From the NCBI GenBank assembly GCA_963842085.1, contig CAWJET010000001.1:1728001-1792000 (forward strand): DNA of 64,000 bases. The letters run 5' to 3'. Both the position numbers and the translations under genes were made by a program. The notes under the pieces are model-generated. The model was not told where the DNA came from. It made no database searches and saw only the letters and a program-made list of their open reading frames with translations. This document shows, piece by piece, positions 18,280-28,486 of the stretch (position 1 is the stretch's first letter; each line of letters opens with the position of its first letter). The DNA comes from an uncultured delta proteobacterium. GTDB taxonomy: Bacteria; Desulfobacterota; Binatia; Binatales; Binataceae.

Positions 18280-20727
18280 ATGGCTGTTCCTCCACTTTCC
18301 GAAGTTAATCGCAACCTGTTCAACAAGCTCATCGATCACCACATCCGTTTCTCGCTGGCCAAGCTGCGGATCGACTTGTCGAAGCATGACTGGTACCGCG
18401 CGACAGCGCTGGTGGTGCGCGACATGCTGGTCGAGAAGATGCTGGCGACGCGGTTGCGCTTCGATCGCAACAACTCGAAGAAGCTCTATTACCTGTCGCT
18501 GGAATTTCTGATCGGCCGCTCGCTGGAAAACAATCTCTTCAACCTCGGCATCATCGACACCTGCCGCGATTTCCTGGCCGAGAACGGAATTGACCTGCAA
18601 ATGCTGTTCGATGAGGAGCCCGACGCGGCGCTGGGCAACGGTGGCCTGGGCCGGCTGGCCGCATGTTTTCTTGACTCGCTGGCAATGCTCGATCTGCCGG
18701 GTTATGCGTATGGGATCAACTACGAATACGGACTGTTCCGCCAGGAGATTCGCGGCGGCTACCAGGTCGAGCGGCCCGACGCGTGGCAGCGCGAAACATC
18801 GCCATGGCTGGTGCCGCGCCCGGAGCAGTCGTGCATAATTCGGGTCTACGGGCGCATCGAGCACCGCATCGACAAATACGGCGAATACAATCCGGCCTGG
18901 GTCGATTGGCGCGTGCTGGTCGGCGTGCCGTCCGATCTGGCGATCGCGGGATTTGGCGGACGCACGGTGAACTTTGTGCGCCTGTATTCGGCCGGTGCGT
19001 CGGATGAATTCGACATGCAGATCTTCAACGCCGGCGACTACATGAAGGCCGTCGAGCAGAAGATGCTTTCCGAAACCATCTCGAAAGTGCTGTACCCGTC
19101 CGACGCGGTGGCGGCGGGCCGCGAACTCCGGCTGCTGCAGGAATACTTCTTCGTGGCCTGCGCGGTGCAGGACATAGTACAGGGATTCGTCGCTCGCGGT
19201 GAAGATTTTAGTGATTTTTCGTCGCAAGTGGCTATTCAACTCAATGATACTCATCCCGCATTGACTATTGCGGAGCTGATGCGCGTTTTTATCGACGAGT
19301 ACGACCTCGAGTGGGCGACGGCGTGGGAGATTACCCGCGCCACGGTCGCATATACTAATCACACCCTGCTGCCCGAAGCGCTGGAAAAGTGGCCGGTGAG
19401 CCTGCTCGAACGAGTCGTGCCGCGCCATCTGCAGATCATCTATGAGATCAACCGGCGCTTTCTGGCCGACGCGGGCACGGTCTGGCGCGACGATCCGGAA
19501 CGCCTCAAGCGCGTGTCGATCGTCCAGGAGGGCTACGAAGCCCAGGTCCGCATGGCGCACCTTGCGATCGTCGGCAGCCATTCGGTCAACGGCGTGTCGA
19601 AGTTGCACACCGAACTCATCAAGACGCGGCTGGTGCCCGACTTTTATCAACTATGGCCCGAAAGGTTCAGCAACAAGACCAACGGCGTCACGCAACGGCG
19701 ATGGCTGCTGATGGCAAATCCGGGCCTCGCCAGCCTGCTCGACGCGACGATCGGCGTGGGATGGGCGACAGACCTCGCACAGTTGAGCGCGGTTGAAAAG
19801 TTCGCGGACGACGCCGAGTTTCAGCGCCGCTTCAGGGCGATCAAGCGCACCAACAAGGAGCGGCTGGCCAGGATCGTGAATCGGTTTGCCGCCGTGGACG
19901 TCGATCCCGCCGCGATGTTCGACATCCAGGCCAAGCGTATCCACGAATACAAGCGTCAACTCCTGATGGCGCTGGGAATCGTGCATCAGTACCTGCGGCT
20001 GGTCGAGGACGGCGTCGAACCGCCGGCGCCGCGCACGTACCTGCTCGCCGGCAAGGCCGCGCCGGGCTACTGGGCGGCGAAGATGATCATCAAGTTGATC
20101 AACAGCCTCGGCGCGGTGATCAACAACGACCCGAAGACGCGCGAATTGATCAAGGTCGCCTTCCTGCCGGATTACCGGGTCTCGCTCGCGGAAAAAATAA
20201 TTCCAGCCGCCGACGTTTCCGAACAGATCTCCACCGCCGGCCGCGAAGCGTCGGGCACCGGCAACATGAAGTTCGCAATGAACGGCGCGCTGACGGTGGG
20301 GACTCTCGATGGCGCGAATATCGAGATTCGAGAAGCCGTCGGCGCGGAGAATATATTCATCTTCGGCCTGACCGCCGGCCAGATCGAGGAATTAGCCTCA
20401 AACGGTGCGTACCGGCCGCGCGACTACTACGAGGCTGACCCGCGACTCAAGCGGGTGCTCGATGAGTTGGCGTCCGATCGCTTTTGTCCCGCCGAGCCGG
20501 GCCTGTTCAGATGGGTTCGCGACGTGCTGGTCGGCCGCGATGACTACTTCCTGATGGCGGATTTCGGATCCTATATCGATATCCAGTCGAAGGTATTGAC
20601 TGAGTATCAACATCCGGAGGTCTGGACGCGAAAGGCTATACTCAATCTGGCGCGCATTGGTGCATTCTCGAGCGATCGCGCGGTGACGGAATACGCTCGC
20701 GAGATATGGCACCTCGCCCAGTCATGA
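18280..20727 (+). CDS. glgP: glycogen/starch phosphorylase
   Basis: LGNGGLGRLAACF, QLNDTHP, KRIHEYKRQ, EASGTGNMKF (PLP lysine). Confidence 0.98.
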   Translation: MAVPPLSEVNRNLFNKLIDHHIRFSLAKLRIDLSKHDWYRATALVVRDMLVEKMLATRLRFDRNNSKKLYYLSLEFLIGRSLENNLFNLGIIDTCRDFLAENGIDLQMLFDEEPDAALGNGGLGRLAACFLDSLAMLDLPGYAYGINYEYGLFRQEIRGGYQVERPDAWQRETSPWLVPRPEQSCIIRVYGRIEHRIDKYGEYNPAWVDWRVLVGVPSDLAIAGFGGRTVNFVRLYSAGASDEFDMQIFNAGDYMKAVEQKMLSETISKVLYPSDAVAAGRELRLLQEYFFVACAVQDIVQGFVARGEDFSDFSSQVAIQLNDTHPALTIAELMRVFIDEYDLEWATAWEITRATVAYTNHTLLPEALEKWPVSLLERVVPRHLQIIYEINRRFLADAGTVWRDDPERLKRVSIVQEGYEAQVRMAHLAIVGSHSVNGVSKLHTELIKTRLVPDFYQLWPERFSNKTNGVTQRRWLLMANPGLASLLDATIGVGWATDLAQLSAVEKFADDAEFQRRFRAIKRTNKERLARIVNRFAAVDVDPAAMFDIQAKRIHEYKRQLLMALGIVHQYLRLVEDGVEPPAPRTYLLAGKAAPGYWAAKMIIKLINSLGAVINNDPKTRELIKVAFLPDYRVSLAEKIIPAADVSEQISTAGREASGTGNMKFAMNGALTVGTLDGANIEIREAVGAENIFIFGLTAGQIEELASNGAYRPRDYYEADPRLKRVLDELASDRFCPAEPGLFRWVRDVLVGRDDYFLMADFGSYIDIQSKVLTEYQHPEVWTRKAILNLARIGAFSSDRAVTEYAREIWHLAQS

Positions 20728-20752
20728 TTTGACCGGCGGTGCCCGAGAGAGA

Positions 20753-21103
20753 TCAAAGATCGCCGGCGCGACGTAATTTTTCGGAGACTTCCTTCATCAC
20801 TATCTGAGGCAGCCGGCCGAGCGGCCGCAGCAGCCGGCGTCGATCGACCGCCCGCGACTGATCGATCATCACCTCGCACGCGTGGGCGTTGCCGGCCATC
20901 CTCTTCGGCAGCTCCACACGCAGGACGTTCTCTCCGGCCAGCCGGGTTGTGCATGGAAGGATCCACGTACTGGGATGGTCCGTCTCATTCAGGAGGTCCG
21001 ATTGCACCACGACGACCGGCCGGACCTTTCCCGGTTCGCTACCACGGCGCGGATTCAGGTCCGCCGCCCAGAGCTCGCCTCTCCGCGGTAAGCGGTCAAG
21101 CAT
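20753..21103 (-). CDS. PemK/MazF-family toxin
   Basis: RGELWAADLNPRRGSEPGKVRPVVVVQSD..ILPCTT..IDQSRAVD. Confidence 0.92.
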   Translation of the reverse strand: MLDRLPRRGELWAADLNPRRGSEPGKVRPVVVVQSDLLNETDHPSTWILPCTTRLAGENVLRVELPKRMAGNAHACEVMIDQSRAVDRRRLLRPLGRLPQIVMKEVSEKLRRAGDL

Positions 21104-21356
21104 CTTCGAGGCCGTCGCCCGCCAACTGATCGAGTTGCTCCACAGCCTCGAGAGCGGAGGACCGCACGCGCGCCGAAGCCTCCCTGAATTGCCGGCGCAG
21201 TTCCTCTCGGGAGACGGATTCTTCCAGCAGCTTCAGCGAGCGGCGAATAACTTCCGTATTGGACCGGACCTTGAGCAGCCGGCGCAATCGCCGGACCTGT
21301 GCATGCTCCGCCGCGGGCAAGGTAAACGACGACTTCCGAACGGCATTAGACTTCAT
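21096..21356 (-). CDS. putative antitoxin (RHH/CopG-like)
   Basis: Overlaps the toxin start; SSFTLP..SNTEVIRRSLKLLEE; acidic C-terminus. Confidence 0.75.
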   Translation of the reverse strand: MKSNAVRKSSFTLPAAEHAQVRRLRRLLKVRSNTEVIRRSLKLLEESVSREELRRQFREASARVRSSALEAVEQLDQLAGDGLEDA

Positions 21357-21419
21357 GCTTATTTCATACCTCAAGCGAATCTCGGGGCGCAAACGGATAC
21401 CGACACGCGGCGAGGTGCG

Positions 21420-23018
21420 TCATTCGATGACCGCTTCGGCCGGCTCGGGCACGCCGGTTTTCGGCAAAAGGAATAGAAACGGCAAAACCACTACCAACAG
21501 CACCGCCATCAGCCAGAAACAATCGTTGTAGGCCATCATCGTCGCCTGATGATTCACAACTTGATCGAGCATCGCGAGGTCCGGGCGTTGCCCAGCCATC
21601 GCAGCGACTCCATGACTTCCCAGAAAACTCTGAAACTGGGCGTCGGTCGCGCGGAACGCGGGATTGGTGCCGCGCACTGCGCCGACCAGCTCCGAGTGAT
21701 GAACCTGCGAGCGTCGCGCGAGCAGCGTCGCGAGCGTCGCGTAAGCGACATTGCCGGAAACGCGCCGCGAGAGCGTGTACAGGCTTGATGCGCCAGTCAT
21801 CTGCGAGCGTGGCATGGTGCTCAGCGAGACCGTGCTCATCGTCACCATCGAAGCGCCCATCCCGATTCCCGTCATCACCAGAATCGGCAGAAAGTTGAAG
21901 AACCCGACGTCGAGCGTGAAATGACCGAGCTTCCAGTAACCCACGACCAGGGCGACAATCCCCGCGCCGATCAGGGTCCGCGGACTAATGAGATTGTAGA
22001 GACGTCCGACTATCGGCATCGTCAACAACATCGCGACCGCGCGTGGCATGAGGACCATTCCGGCCTGATACGCCGGGTAGTTGAGCAGGTTCTCAGTGAA
22101 TTGCGGCAGCAGAAAACTCGATCCAAAAAGTGCAAAGCCAACCATCATCCCGAGCCCCGAGCCCACGCTCAGCGGTACGTTGCGAAACAGCCGCAGGTTC
22201 ATTATCGGCTCGTCAGAGTGGAGTTCCCACGTAACCAGCGCCAGAAGGGCGATCACTGTGACCACCGAGCCCGCCACGATCCAGTTGTTGGAAAACCAGT
22301 CCACATCCTGACCGCGTTCGAGGACAACTTGCATCGTGGTGAGGCCCACAGTCAGCAGGCCGATCCCGGTCCAGTCGACGTTGGCGACGCCGCGCTTCAA
22401 GTACGGCGGGTCGGTCACGAACGCGCTCACCATCAGCAAGCCGACGACGCAGAATGGAACATTGATGTAAAAGACCCACTGCCAGCCATAGTTGTCGACC
22501 AGCCATCCTCCAATCACCGGACCGATCGCCGGGGCCAGCACGACGCCCATGCTGTAAATCGCCATCGCCATGCCCTGTTCGGCAGGAGGAAAGGTCTCGC
22601 GCGCGATTGCCTGCGAGCATGGCATCAGGCTCCCGCCGCCGATCCCCTGCAGAACGCGATAGGTTATCATTTGGGTGAAGGTCTTCGAGGTTCCCGCCAG
22701 GACCGAACCCAGCGTGAATACGATCATCGAGGCAAGGAACAGGCGCTTGCGGCCGAGCAGCGTGGTGCACCACGCCGACATCGTGATCATTATGATTTCG
22801 GCAATGCTGTAGGCGGTCGAGACCCAGGTGATGGTGAGCAGGTCCTGGCCGAAGCTGCCCATCATGTGCGGCAGCGCGACGTTCACGACCGTCGCGTCCA
22901 TGACCGACAGGAAGGTGCCGATCATCACTGACGCCGCTACCAGCCACTTGCCGGCCGGTATCGGTTCGCCGCCGACGCTCGCTGCCTGGAGCGGTACTCG
23001 TGCAATCGGATTTGCCAC
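21420..23018 (-). CDS. DHA2-family MFS efflux transporter
   Basis: MDATVVNVALPH, LGRKRLF, WQWVFYINVP; start approximate. Confidence 0.95.
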   Translation of the reverse strand: MANPIARVPLQAASVGGEPIPAGKWLVAASVMIGTFLSVMDATVVNVALPHMMGSFGQDLLTITWVSTAYSIAEIIMITMSAWCTTLLGRKRLFLASMIVFTLGSVLAGTSKTFTQMITYRVLQGIGGGSLMPCSQAIARETFPPAEQGMAMAIYSMGVVLAPAIGPVIGGWLVDNYGWQWVFYINVPFCVVGLLMVSAFVTDPPYLKRGVANVDWTGIGLLTVGLTTMQVVLERGQDVDWFSNNWIVAGSVVTVIALLALVTWELHSDEPIMNLRLFRNVPLSVGSGLGMMVGFALFGSSFLLPQFTENLLNYPAYQAGMVLMPRAVAMLLTMPIVGRLYNLISPRTLIGAGIVALVVGYWKLGHFTLDVGFFNFLPILVMTGIGMGASMVTMSTVSLSTMPRSQMTGASSLYTLSRRVSGNVAYATLATLLARRSQVHHSELVGAVRGTNPAFRATDAQFQSFLGSHGVAAMAGQRPDLAMLDQVVNHQATMMAYNDCFWLMAVLLVVVLPFLFLLPKTGVPEPAEAVIE

Positions 23019-23078
23019 AGAGAGCCCTTTCCGATCGCTACCGCATGCCGCCAAACACCGCAAGCACGGACCCGTGGC

Positions 23079-23205
23079 CTAGCAGGTTGCGGAAAAAGGG
23101 TTTTTGACTCCTGATGACATTGATCCAAGACGCATTCTCGTGATCGTAGTAATGCTTACTCTTCGCCGAAATCGTCTTTCATTGAGTTTTTCCGCAACCT
23201 GCTAG
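23079..23205. mobile_element. MITE / non-autonomous IS derivative with CTAG flanks
   Basis: CTAG-CAGGTTGCGGAAAAA...TTTTTCCGCAACCTG-CTAG: perfect 15-bp terminal inverted repeats around 119 bp with no transposase. Confidence 0.8.
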
Positions 23206-23454
23206 AGCGTTGGAAACCAACCCATTAGTCACTCGGAAAATTATTTTAGCCAATCTAACGACTCATGCGCGCGGCGTACCACAGCTACCACTGAATAGAC
23301 CCGATCGACGTGAATAATCGATCGCGGGCGAAGCGTCTAATTTAATAGACAAACCATAAAACCGTCCGGCCTTGGGACGTGACCGAGCGGCACTTAAAAA
23401 ATTTCAACTGCGGCGCGCGTCGTCTCCACCGCGAGCCACGCAATGGAGGTTTTT

Positions 23455-24132
23455 ATGCTAAGGCCAGGCAGGGACAAAGGTCTCGCTACGCCGATTCCAC
23501 TCGGCCTGGCGGGCCTGGCGACTTCCACCTTTCTGATTGGAGTCGCGATGATTTTCCAGTCGCGCGCATCGTTGGGTCCGTATGTGACCCAGGCGATCAT
23601 GTTCGGCGGATTGGCTGAGATTCTCGCCGGAATGTGGGCGTTTCCGTACGGTGATCCGATCGCGGCCACCTCGTTTACGTTTCTTGGTACTTTCTTCGTA
23701 TGGTGGGCGCTTTCGCACATGACCGTTTTCGGAGTTCATGCCGATACCGTCGCCGCGGTAAACAGCATGGCGATGGTGTTCATCGTCACGGGCGTGGTGA
23801 CGCTGTGTATGTGGATCGCGTCCTTCTATGAGTACGCGGTGTTCAATCTGGTCTTGTTGTTCCTCTGGATCGGACTCGGTCTCGCCGGAGTCGGAATGTT
23901 TACCGGAGCGGCCGCACTGGGCGTTCTCGGTGGCATCTCGTTGGCGGTTTCGGGTCTGTTCGGCGGCTACGCCTCATTTGCCGAGGTGTACAATGCGACC
24001 AGCCTCCAGGAGGTCGTGCCGATTGGCGAGTCCAAGGCGGTGCGCGAGCGGGTTGAGCATGATGAGCACGAGCGGATTCGCCGGCTTCACGCTACCAATG
24101 GCGAGTCTCATTCATCCAGCTTGAGCGCCTAG
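23455..24132 (+). CDS. SatP/YaaH/GPR1-FUN34 family acetate/succinate channel
   Basis: LATPIPLGLAG, FGGLAEILAGMW, six TM segments, YASFAEVYN. Confidence 0.85.
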   Translation: MLRPGRDKGLATPIPLGLAGLATSTFLIGVAMIFQSRASLGPYVTQAIMFGGLAEILAGMWAFPYGDPIAATSFTFLGTFFVWWALSHMTVFGVHADTVAAVNSMAMVFIVTGVVTLCMWIASFYEYAVFNLVLLFLWIGLGLAGVGMFTGAAALGVLGGISLAVSGLFGGYASFAEVYNATSLQEVVPIGESKAVRERVEHDEHERIRRLHATNGESHSSSLSA

Positions 24133-24331
24133 GTTCACCGCCGCGTTCTAACGTGCGGCCTCAGCCACCTCGGGCGCCAGTCTGACAGAGCTTCACAGGC
24201 GAGCAGCAGAGTCCTTTTGAGTATGCTGCTCGCCGCCTAACAGGTCAGCGTTTCCTTCGCCTGAAATGGGATACCCGGCTTCAGAGTGAAACCCTGAAGG
24301 CGATCGCGCGTCCTATCTATAGGATAGAAAG

Positions 24332-24640
24332 ATGAGGAAAAATCTTGTGATGGGTCTTGGTGGTCTCGCAGCAATCGTGGCCGATTACGTCGTTGTAGCG
24401 TCAATCGTAGGTCTGCTGCTGCTCACTCGGTGGATTGGAGTCGGCTGGACTTTGGATGTTCTGACGGTTTTGCTCATCAGCTATGGAATCGTTGCCTGGT
24501 TCTATGGCAAGCGGTTCAGTGCATTCTTGAACCGTCAAGATGACATGCGTTCAGATTCGATCGCCGTCAGGAATCCTGATCGGCGCGCGTCAATCAAGGC
24601 CACAACTGCCGTACGGTCCCGAGGATCGGGTTCCCGCTGA
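24332..24640 (+). CDS. small hypothetical membrane protein
   Basis: AGGA RBS; two hydrophobic segments. Confidence 0.55.
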   Translation: MRKNLVMGLGGLAAIVADYVVVASIVGLLLLTRWIGVGWTLDVLTVLLISYGIVAWFYGKRFSAFLNRQDDMRSDSIAVRNPDRRASIKATTAVRSRGSGSR

Positions 24641-24764
24641 GCCGATCCGAATTGGCAAGCTGGAAAAGCTGTCGGCCGCTGCGTATCATCGGACGCCAGA
24701 TTTTCAGCGCACGAACACGATATTCGGATCGGAGAGCAGTATCTCTGCGGCCACCGAGCCTGTC

Positions 24765-25328
24765 ATGACCGTCGAACACCGGATCGACCTCAAGTGCCAT
24801 CCGTCGACACGCCCCGACGCGGTGCGCACCATCGAGGTGCTCGTACGCCGGTTGACCAGCGCTGAACTCCAGATGACCTTCTGCCTCGACGGAGACATTT
24901 CCCGAATCCGGATCCCTTCGCCGGGCGCGCCGCGTATCAATACACAGCTCTGGCGCCACACCTGCTTCGAGGCCTTCATCGCGGTGGAAGGGCAAGCGGC
25001 GTACCACGAGTTCAACTTCGCGCCGTCGGGGGAGTGGGCCCTCTACGCCTTCAGCGGCTATCGCAACGGCGGTCCCGTTGCGAACGAAACGACGCGCCCG
25101 CACATTGCCGTCCGCTCAACCGACAGTCGGCTTGAGCTTGACGCCCTTGTCAGACTCGATAGCTTGTCGGCCATCCACCCACGAGCTTCGCTGCGTATCG
25201 GGCTCTCGGCGGTCATCGAGGCGAGCGATGGACTTTCGTACTGGGCCCTTCGTCATCGGGCAGACAAACCGGATTTTCATGACGCCGATGGATTCGCGCT
25301 GCTGCTTGAGCCGCCGAAATTCCGATGA
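24765..25328 (+). CDS. DOMON-like domain protein
   Basis: LWRHTCFEAFI..YHEFNFAPSGEWALYAFSGYR..LSAVIE..SYWAL.H..KPDFH. Confidence 0.88.
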   Translation: MTVEHRIDLKCHPSTRPDAVRTIEVLVRRLTSAELQMTFCLDGDISRIRIPSPGAPRINTQLWRHTCFEAFIAVEGQAAYHEFNFAPSGEWALYAFSGYRNGGPVANETTRPHIAVRSTDSRLELDALVRLDSLSAIHPRASLRIGLSAVIEASDGLSYWALRHRADKPDFHDADGFALLLEPPKFR

Positions 25329-26053
25329 AGCACGCGCAACCACGAGGTCTCAGCCGGCGGCGCGTCGAGCGGCTTCTATCGCAAACGAAGCATGACCATT
25401 CCGCCGCTCGCCGAATTAACGTTCTCTCCCGCCGTTTCCTTGGACATCCCTACAAACCAAATCCGCTGATTGGCTCGGCCGACACCGCCGAAGTGTTCAC
25501 GGCGTCTCTCGACGGATTCGACTGTGTCACCTACATCGAAACCGTTTTGGCCCTCGCCCGCGCTTCCAATGTAGATGACTTCACCGAGTGGCTGCGAAAG
25601 ATTCGGTATGAGCGAGGTCGCATTCAATGGGAACGGCGGAATCACTACATGACGCTCTGGATTCGCAACAATCTCCGCCAAGGGATAATCAGGCCGGTTT
25701 CAATGCCGGCGGTCCCCACGCTCAGCCGGGAACGCGTTCTGGATGTTGTACCGGGACTCGCTCCACAGCGGACGCGCGTGAAATGTGTCCCGAAGCCGGG
25801 ATTGCCACGGCTCGAACGATATTTGCAAACCGGCGACCTGATTTTTTTTGCGTCGACGCGCAAGCATCTCGACGTCTTTCATGCTGGGATCATCGTGCGC
25901 GACGGCAGAAAAGTTTTCATGCGTCATGCGTCGCGCAGCCGGGGCTTGGTCGTGGAACAGAAATTGAGCGAATTTCTCAAGGCCAATCGGATGGCCGGCG
26001 TCATCGTCGTGCGGCCGCAGCCGGTGACGCGACGCATCGCGGTTGGCAGCTAA
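25325..26053 (+). CDS. DUF1460 / NlpC-P60-like N-acetylmuramoyl-L-alanine amidase
   Basis: FLGHPY, FDCVTYIETVLAL (catalytic Cys), RNHY, LDVFHAGI, HAS; ATGA overlap with upstream gene. Confidence 0.88.
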   Translation: MKHAQPRGLSRRRVERLLSQTKHDHSAARRINVLSRRFLGHPYKPNPLIGSADTAEVFTASLDGFDCVTYIETVLALARASNVDDFTEWLRKIRYERGRIQWERRNHYMTLWIRNNLRQGIIRPVSMPAVPTLSRERVLDVVPGLAPQRTRVKCVPKPGLPRLERYLQTGDLIFFASTRKHLDVFHAGIIVRDGRKVFMRHASRSRGLVVEQKLSEFLKANRMAGVIVVRPQPVTRRIAVGS

Positions 26054-26321
26054 GATGAGGGCTCTGGACCGTTACGGATTTCATCGGGGCTTGGGGTGAA
26101 CTCTTTCGCCTGATACCGACGCATTTGGCGTGCTACGCTCGCGTTATGGATAACTGCCAGGATGACCGATACTCGCGTGTCCCGCTCGCAGTTGGCTGCC
26201 GCCGGCTCCCGACAAAAAGAATTTTTGACGGAACGAAGCTACCGCTGGTGGTGGCTCCGTGTCAGAACCACAACAAGTGGTATAAAATCGCCATTCCGCC
26301 CGTATTCGGTCAGTCATAATC

Positions 26322-27596
26322 GTGAACATCGTCTATCCAGAGCACTACTCCACCGCCAACATTCAGCGACTCCTCGACGCTGCCGATTCCGACGTTCTCT
26401 TTCTCGGTGACCGGCGTGTGAACATCGAACCCGGGCCGCGCATGTTCGGTCGAATGGCGCAGGTCATACGCGAAACCGGCGCCGGCTGGGTATATGCCGA
26501 CGCGGTAGGCCATCCTCGTATCGACTATCAACGCGGGAGCATCCGCGACGGTTTCGACTTTGGCCCGGTAGTCGGTGTGTCGGTTCAGGCCGCGCGTCAG
26601 TCAGGAATCGACAGCGCCTTGAAATGGGGAGCCTTATACGACCTGCGGTTAAGGATTTCGGAAAAACACCCCATCGTGCGGATTCCCGAACCGTTGTACA
26701 GCGCATCGATGATTGATGCGCGCCCGACGGGTCAAAAGCAATTCGATTATGTCGATCCGCGCAATCGCGATTATCAAATCGAAATGGAGCGCATCGCGAC
26801 GGCGCATCTCAAACGAATCGGCGCCTGGTTGAAGCCGCGCTTCGAGAACGTTCCCACTGCGGCGGAAACATTTCCAGTAAAAGCCAGCGTCGTCATCCCG
26901 GTTCGGAATCGCGAGCGGACAATCCTCGACGCCGTTCAAAGCGCCCTCGTCCAGCGCGCGGATTTCGAATTCAATGTGATCGTCGTCGATAACCATTCGA
27001 CCGATCGGACGACCGAAATCCTGCTCGGGATTGGCGACTCGCGGGTCAAGCACATCGTCCCCGAACGCCGGGACCTTGGCATCGGCGGATGCTGGAACGA
27101 GGCGATTTACTCCACGGACTGCGGACAATACGCCATCCAACTTGATTCTGACGACCTGTACGTCAACGACGGCGTCCTTCGCCGGATTGTTGCAGAACTT
27201 GAAGCTGGGCCTTATGCGATGGTCATAGGCTCCTATACGATGGTCGATTTTTCGTTGAAGGAGATACCGCCCGGTCTAATCGATCACCGCGAGTGGAGTC
27301 GCGAGAACGGAAGAAACAATGCACTCCGCATCAATGGTCTCGGCGCTCCGCGCGCGTTCAATACATCGGTTCTGCGCGGTATCGGATTTCCGAACGTCAG
27401 CTATGGCGAGGATTACGCCGTAGCGTTGCGCGTCAGCCGTGATTATGAGATCGGCCGGATCTACGAGTCCGTTTATCTTTGCCGCCGTTGGGAAGGCAAT
27501 AGCGACAGCGCCCTGCCGCTCGAGGTGGCGAATCGATACGACCAATATAAGGACTGGCTCCGAACGATCGAGATTCAGGCTCGAATGCGGCAATGA
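26322..27596 (+). CDS. family 2 glycosyltransferase (Bacteroidetes-type)
   Basis: SVVIPVRNRERTI, VVDNHSTD, LDSDD, NGLGAPRAF, SYGEDY; FDYVDPRNR motif. Confidence 0.92.
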   Translation: MNIVYPEHYSTANIQRLLDAADSDVLFLGDRRVNIEPGPRMFGRMAQVIRETGAGWVYADAVGHPRIDYQRGSIRDGFDFGPVVGVSVQAARQSGIDSALKWGALYDLRLRISEKHPIVRIPEPLYSASMIDARPTGQKQFDYVDPRNRDYQIEMERIATAHLKRIGAWLKPRFENVPTAAETFPVKASVVIPVRNRERTILDAVQSALVQRADFEFNVIVVDNHSTDRTTEILLGIGDSRVKHIVPERRDLGIGGCWNEAIYSTDCGQYAIQLDSDDLYVNDGVLRRIVAELEAGPYAMVIGSYTMVDFSLKEIPPGLIDHREWSRENGRNNALRINGLGAPRAFNTSVLRGIGFPNVSYGEDYAVALRVSRDYEIGRIYESVYLCRRWEGNSDSALPLEVANRYDQYKDWLRTIEIQARMRQ

Positions 27597-28486
27597 TCGA
27601 CGCAATAGAAGAACTGTTCAAACGGCAGGCGCGGGCATGGCCGCAGCTCGCGAAAGGCGTTGACGGCCTGGCGCGCGCGAAGACTCGGCCGGTCCGGCTC
27701 GATTGGTTCGACATCTTCATCCGTCACATTCCCCATCGTATGGGTAGCACAACGGCGTCGGTCGACCGCGAGTCGATTGCCAAACGCCCCTGCTTCCTGT
27801 GTGCGGCGAATCTACCTTCGGAGGAAGAGGGTCTGCAGTTCGATGAGAACTTCACGCTCTACTGCAATCCGTTTCCAATCGTGGATCATCACCTCACGAT
27901 CGCTCACAGAGAACACGTCTTGCAGCGCATCGCCAACCAGTTCGGAAATATGCTCGACCTTGCTGCCGCCCTCGCCGGATGTTTCGTCATATATAACGGT
28001 CCGGAGTGCGGAGCATCCGCGCCAGACCACATGCACTTTCAGGCAGGCTCGCGAAGATTGTTTCCGATCGAGAAGGACACCGCTCGACTGACTGGCGTCA
28101 CCGTGCCGAATTACGGGAGAAATGTGTTTCTGTTTCGCGGACGGGATCGATCTGCTTTGATCGGTCGAATGGATCGTGCGATCGATCTGCTCGCCGAAAC
28201 GACGGGCAAACCGGCGGAACCTCTGATCAACATCGCGGTTTTTTGTGAGAGAGGGGAGTGGGTCACATTTCTGTTTCCGCGAGGAAAACATCGGCCGCAG
28301 GTCTTCTATACGGGCGAACTTACGGTCAGTCCGGCATCGATTGATTTGTGCGGAATATTTGTTGTGCCGCTGGCGCACGATTTCGAACGAATCACCGGTG
28401 ACGCCGTCGCCGCAATTTTTCGAGAGATCACTTTGCCTGACGATCAGTTTCAGCAAGTCGCCCGTAAGCTGGAGAGTGAGCGTTGA
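27593..28486 (+). CDS. DUF4922 protein (HIT-like nucleotide-sugar phosphorylase fold)
   Basis: RPCFLC, NPFPI..HLTI..H, YNGPECGASAPDHMHFQAG; ATGA overlap. Confidence 0.88.
   Translation: MIDAIEELFKRQARAWPQLAKGVDGLARAKTRPVRLDWFDIFIRHIPHRMGSTTASVDRESIAKRPCFLCAANLPSEEEGLQFDENFTLYCNPFPIVDHHLTIAHREHVLQRIANQFGNMLDLAAALAGCFVIYNGPECGASAPDHMHFQAGSRRLFPIEKDTARLTGVTVPNYGRNVFLFRGRDRSALIGRMDRAIDLLAETTGKPAEPLINIAVFCERGEWVTFLFPRGKHRPQVFYTGELTVSPASIDLCGIFVVPLAHDFERITGDAVAAIFREITLPDDQFQQVARKLESER

Noticed and set aside
18235-19650. Long antisense and alternative-frame ORFs (e.g. 18235..19650, 42493..43884, 11390..12601, 7260..8594)
   Set aside because: They overlap well-supported genes and are expected stop-poor shadows in high-GC DNA.
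23202-23280. Second IS end starting CTAGAGCGTT next to the MITE
   Set aside because: I found no matching inverted partner in the window, so it cannot be supported.
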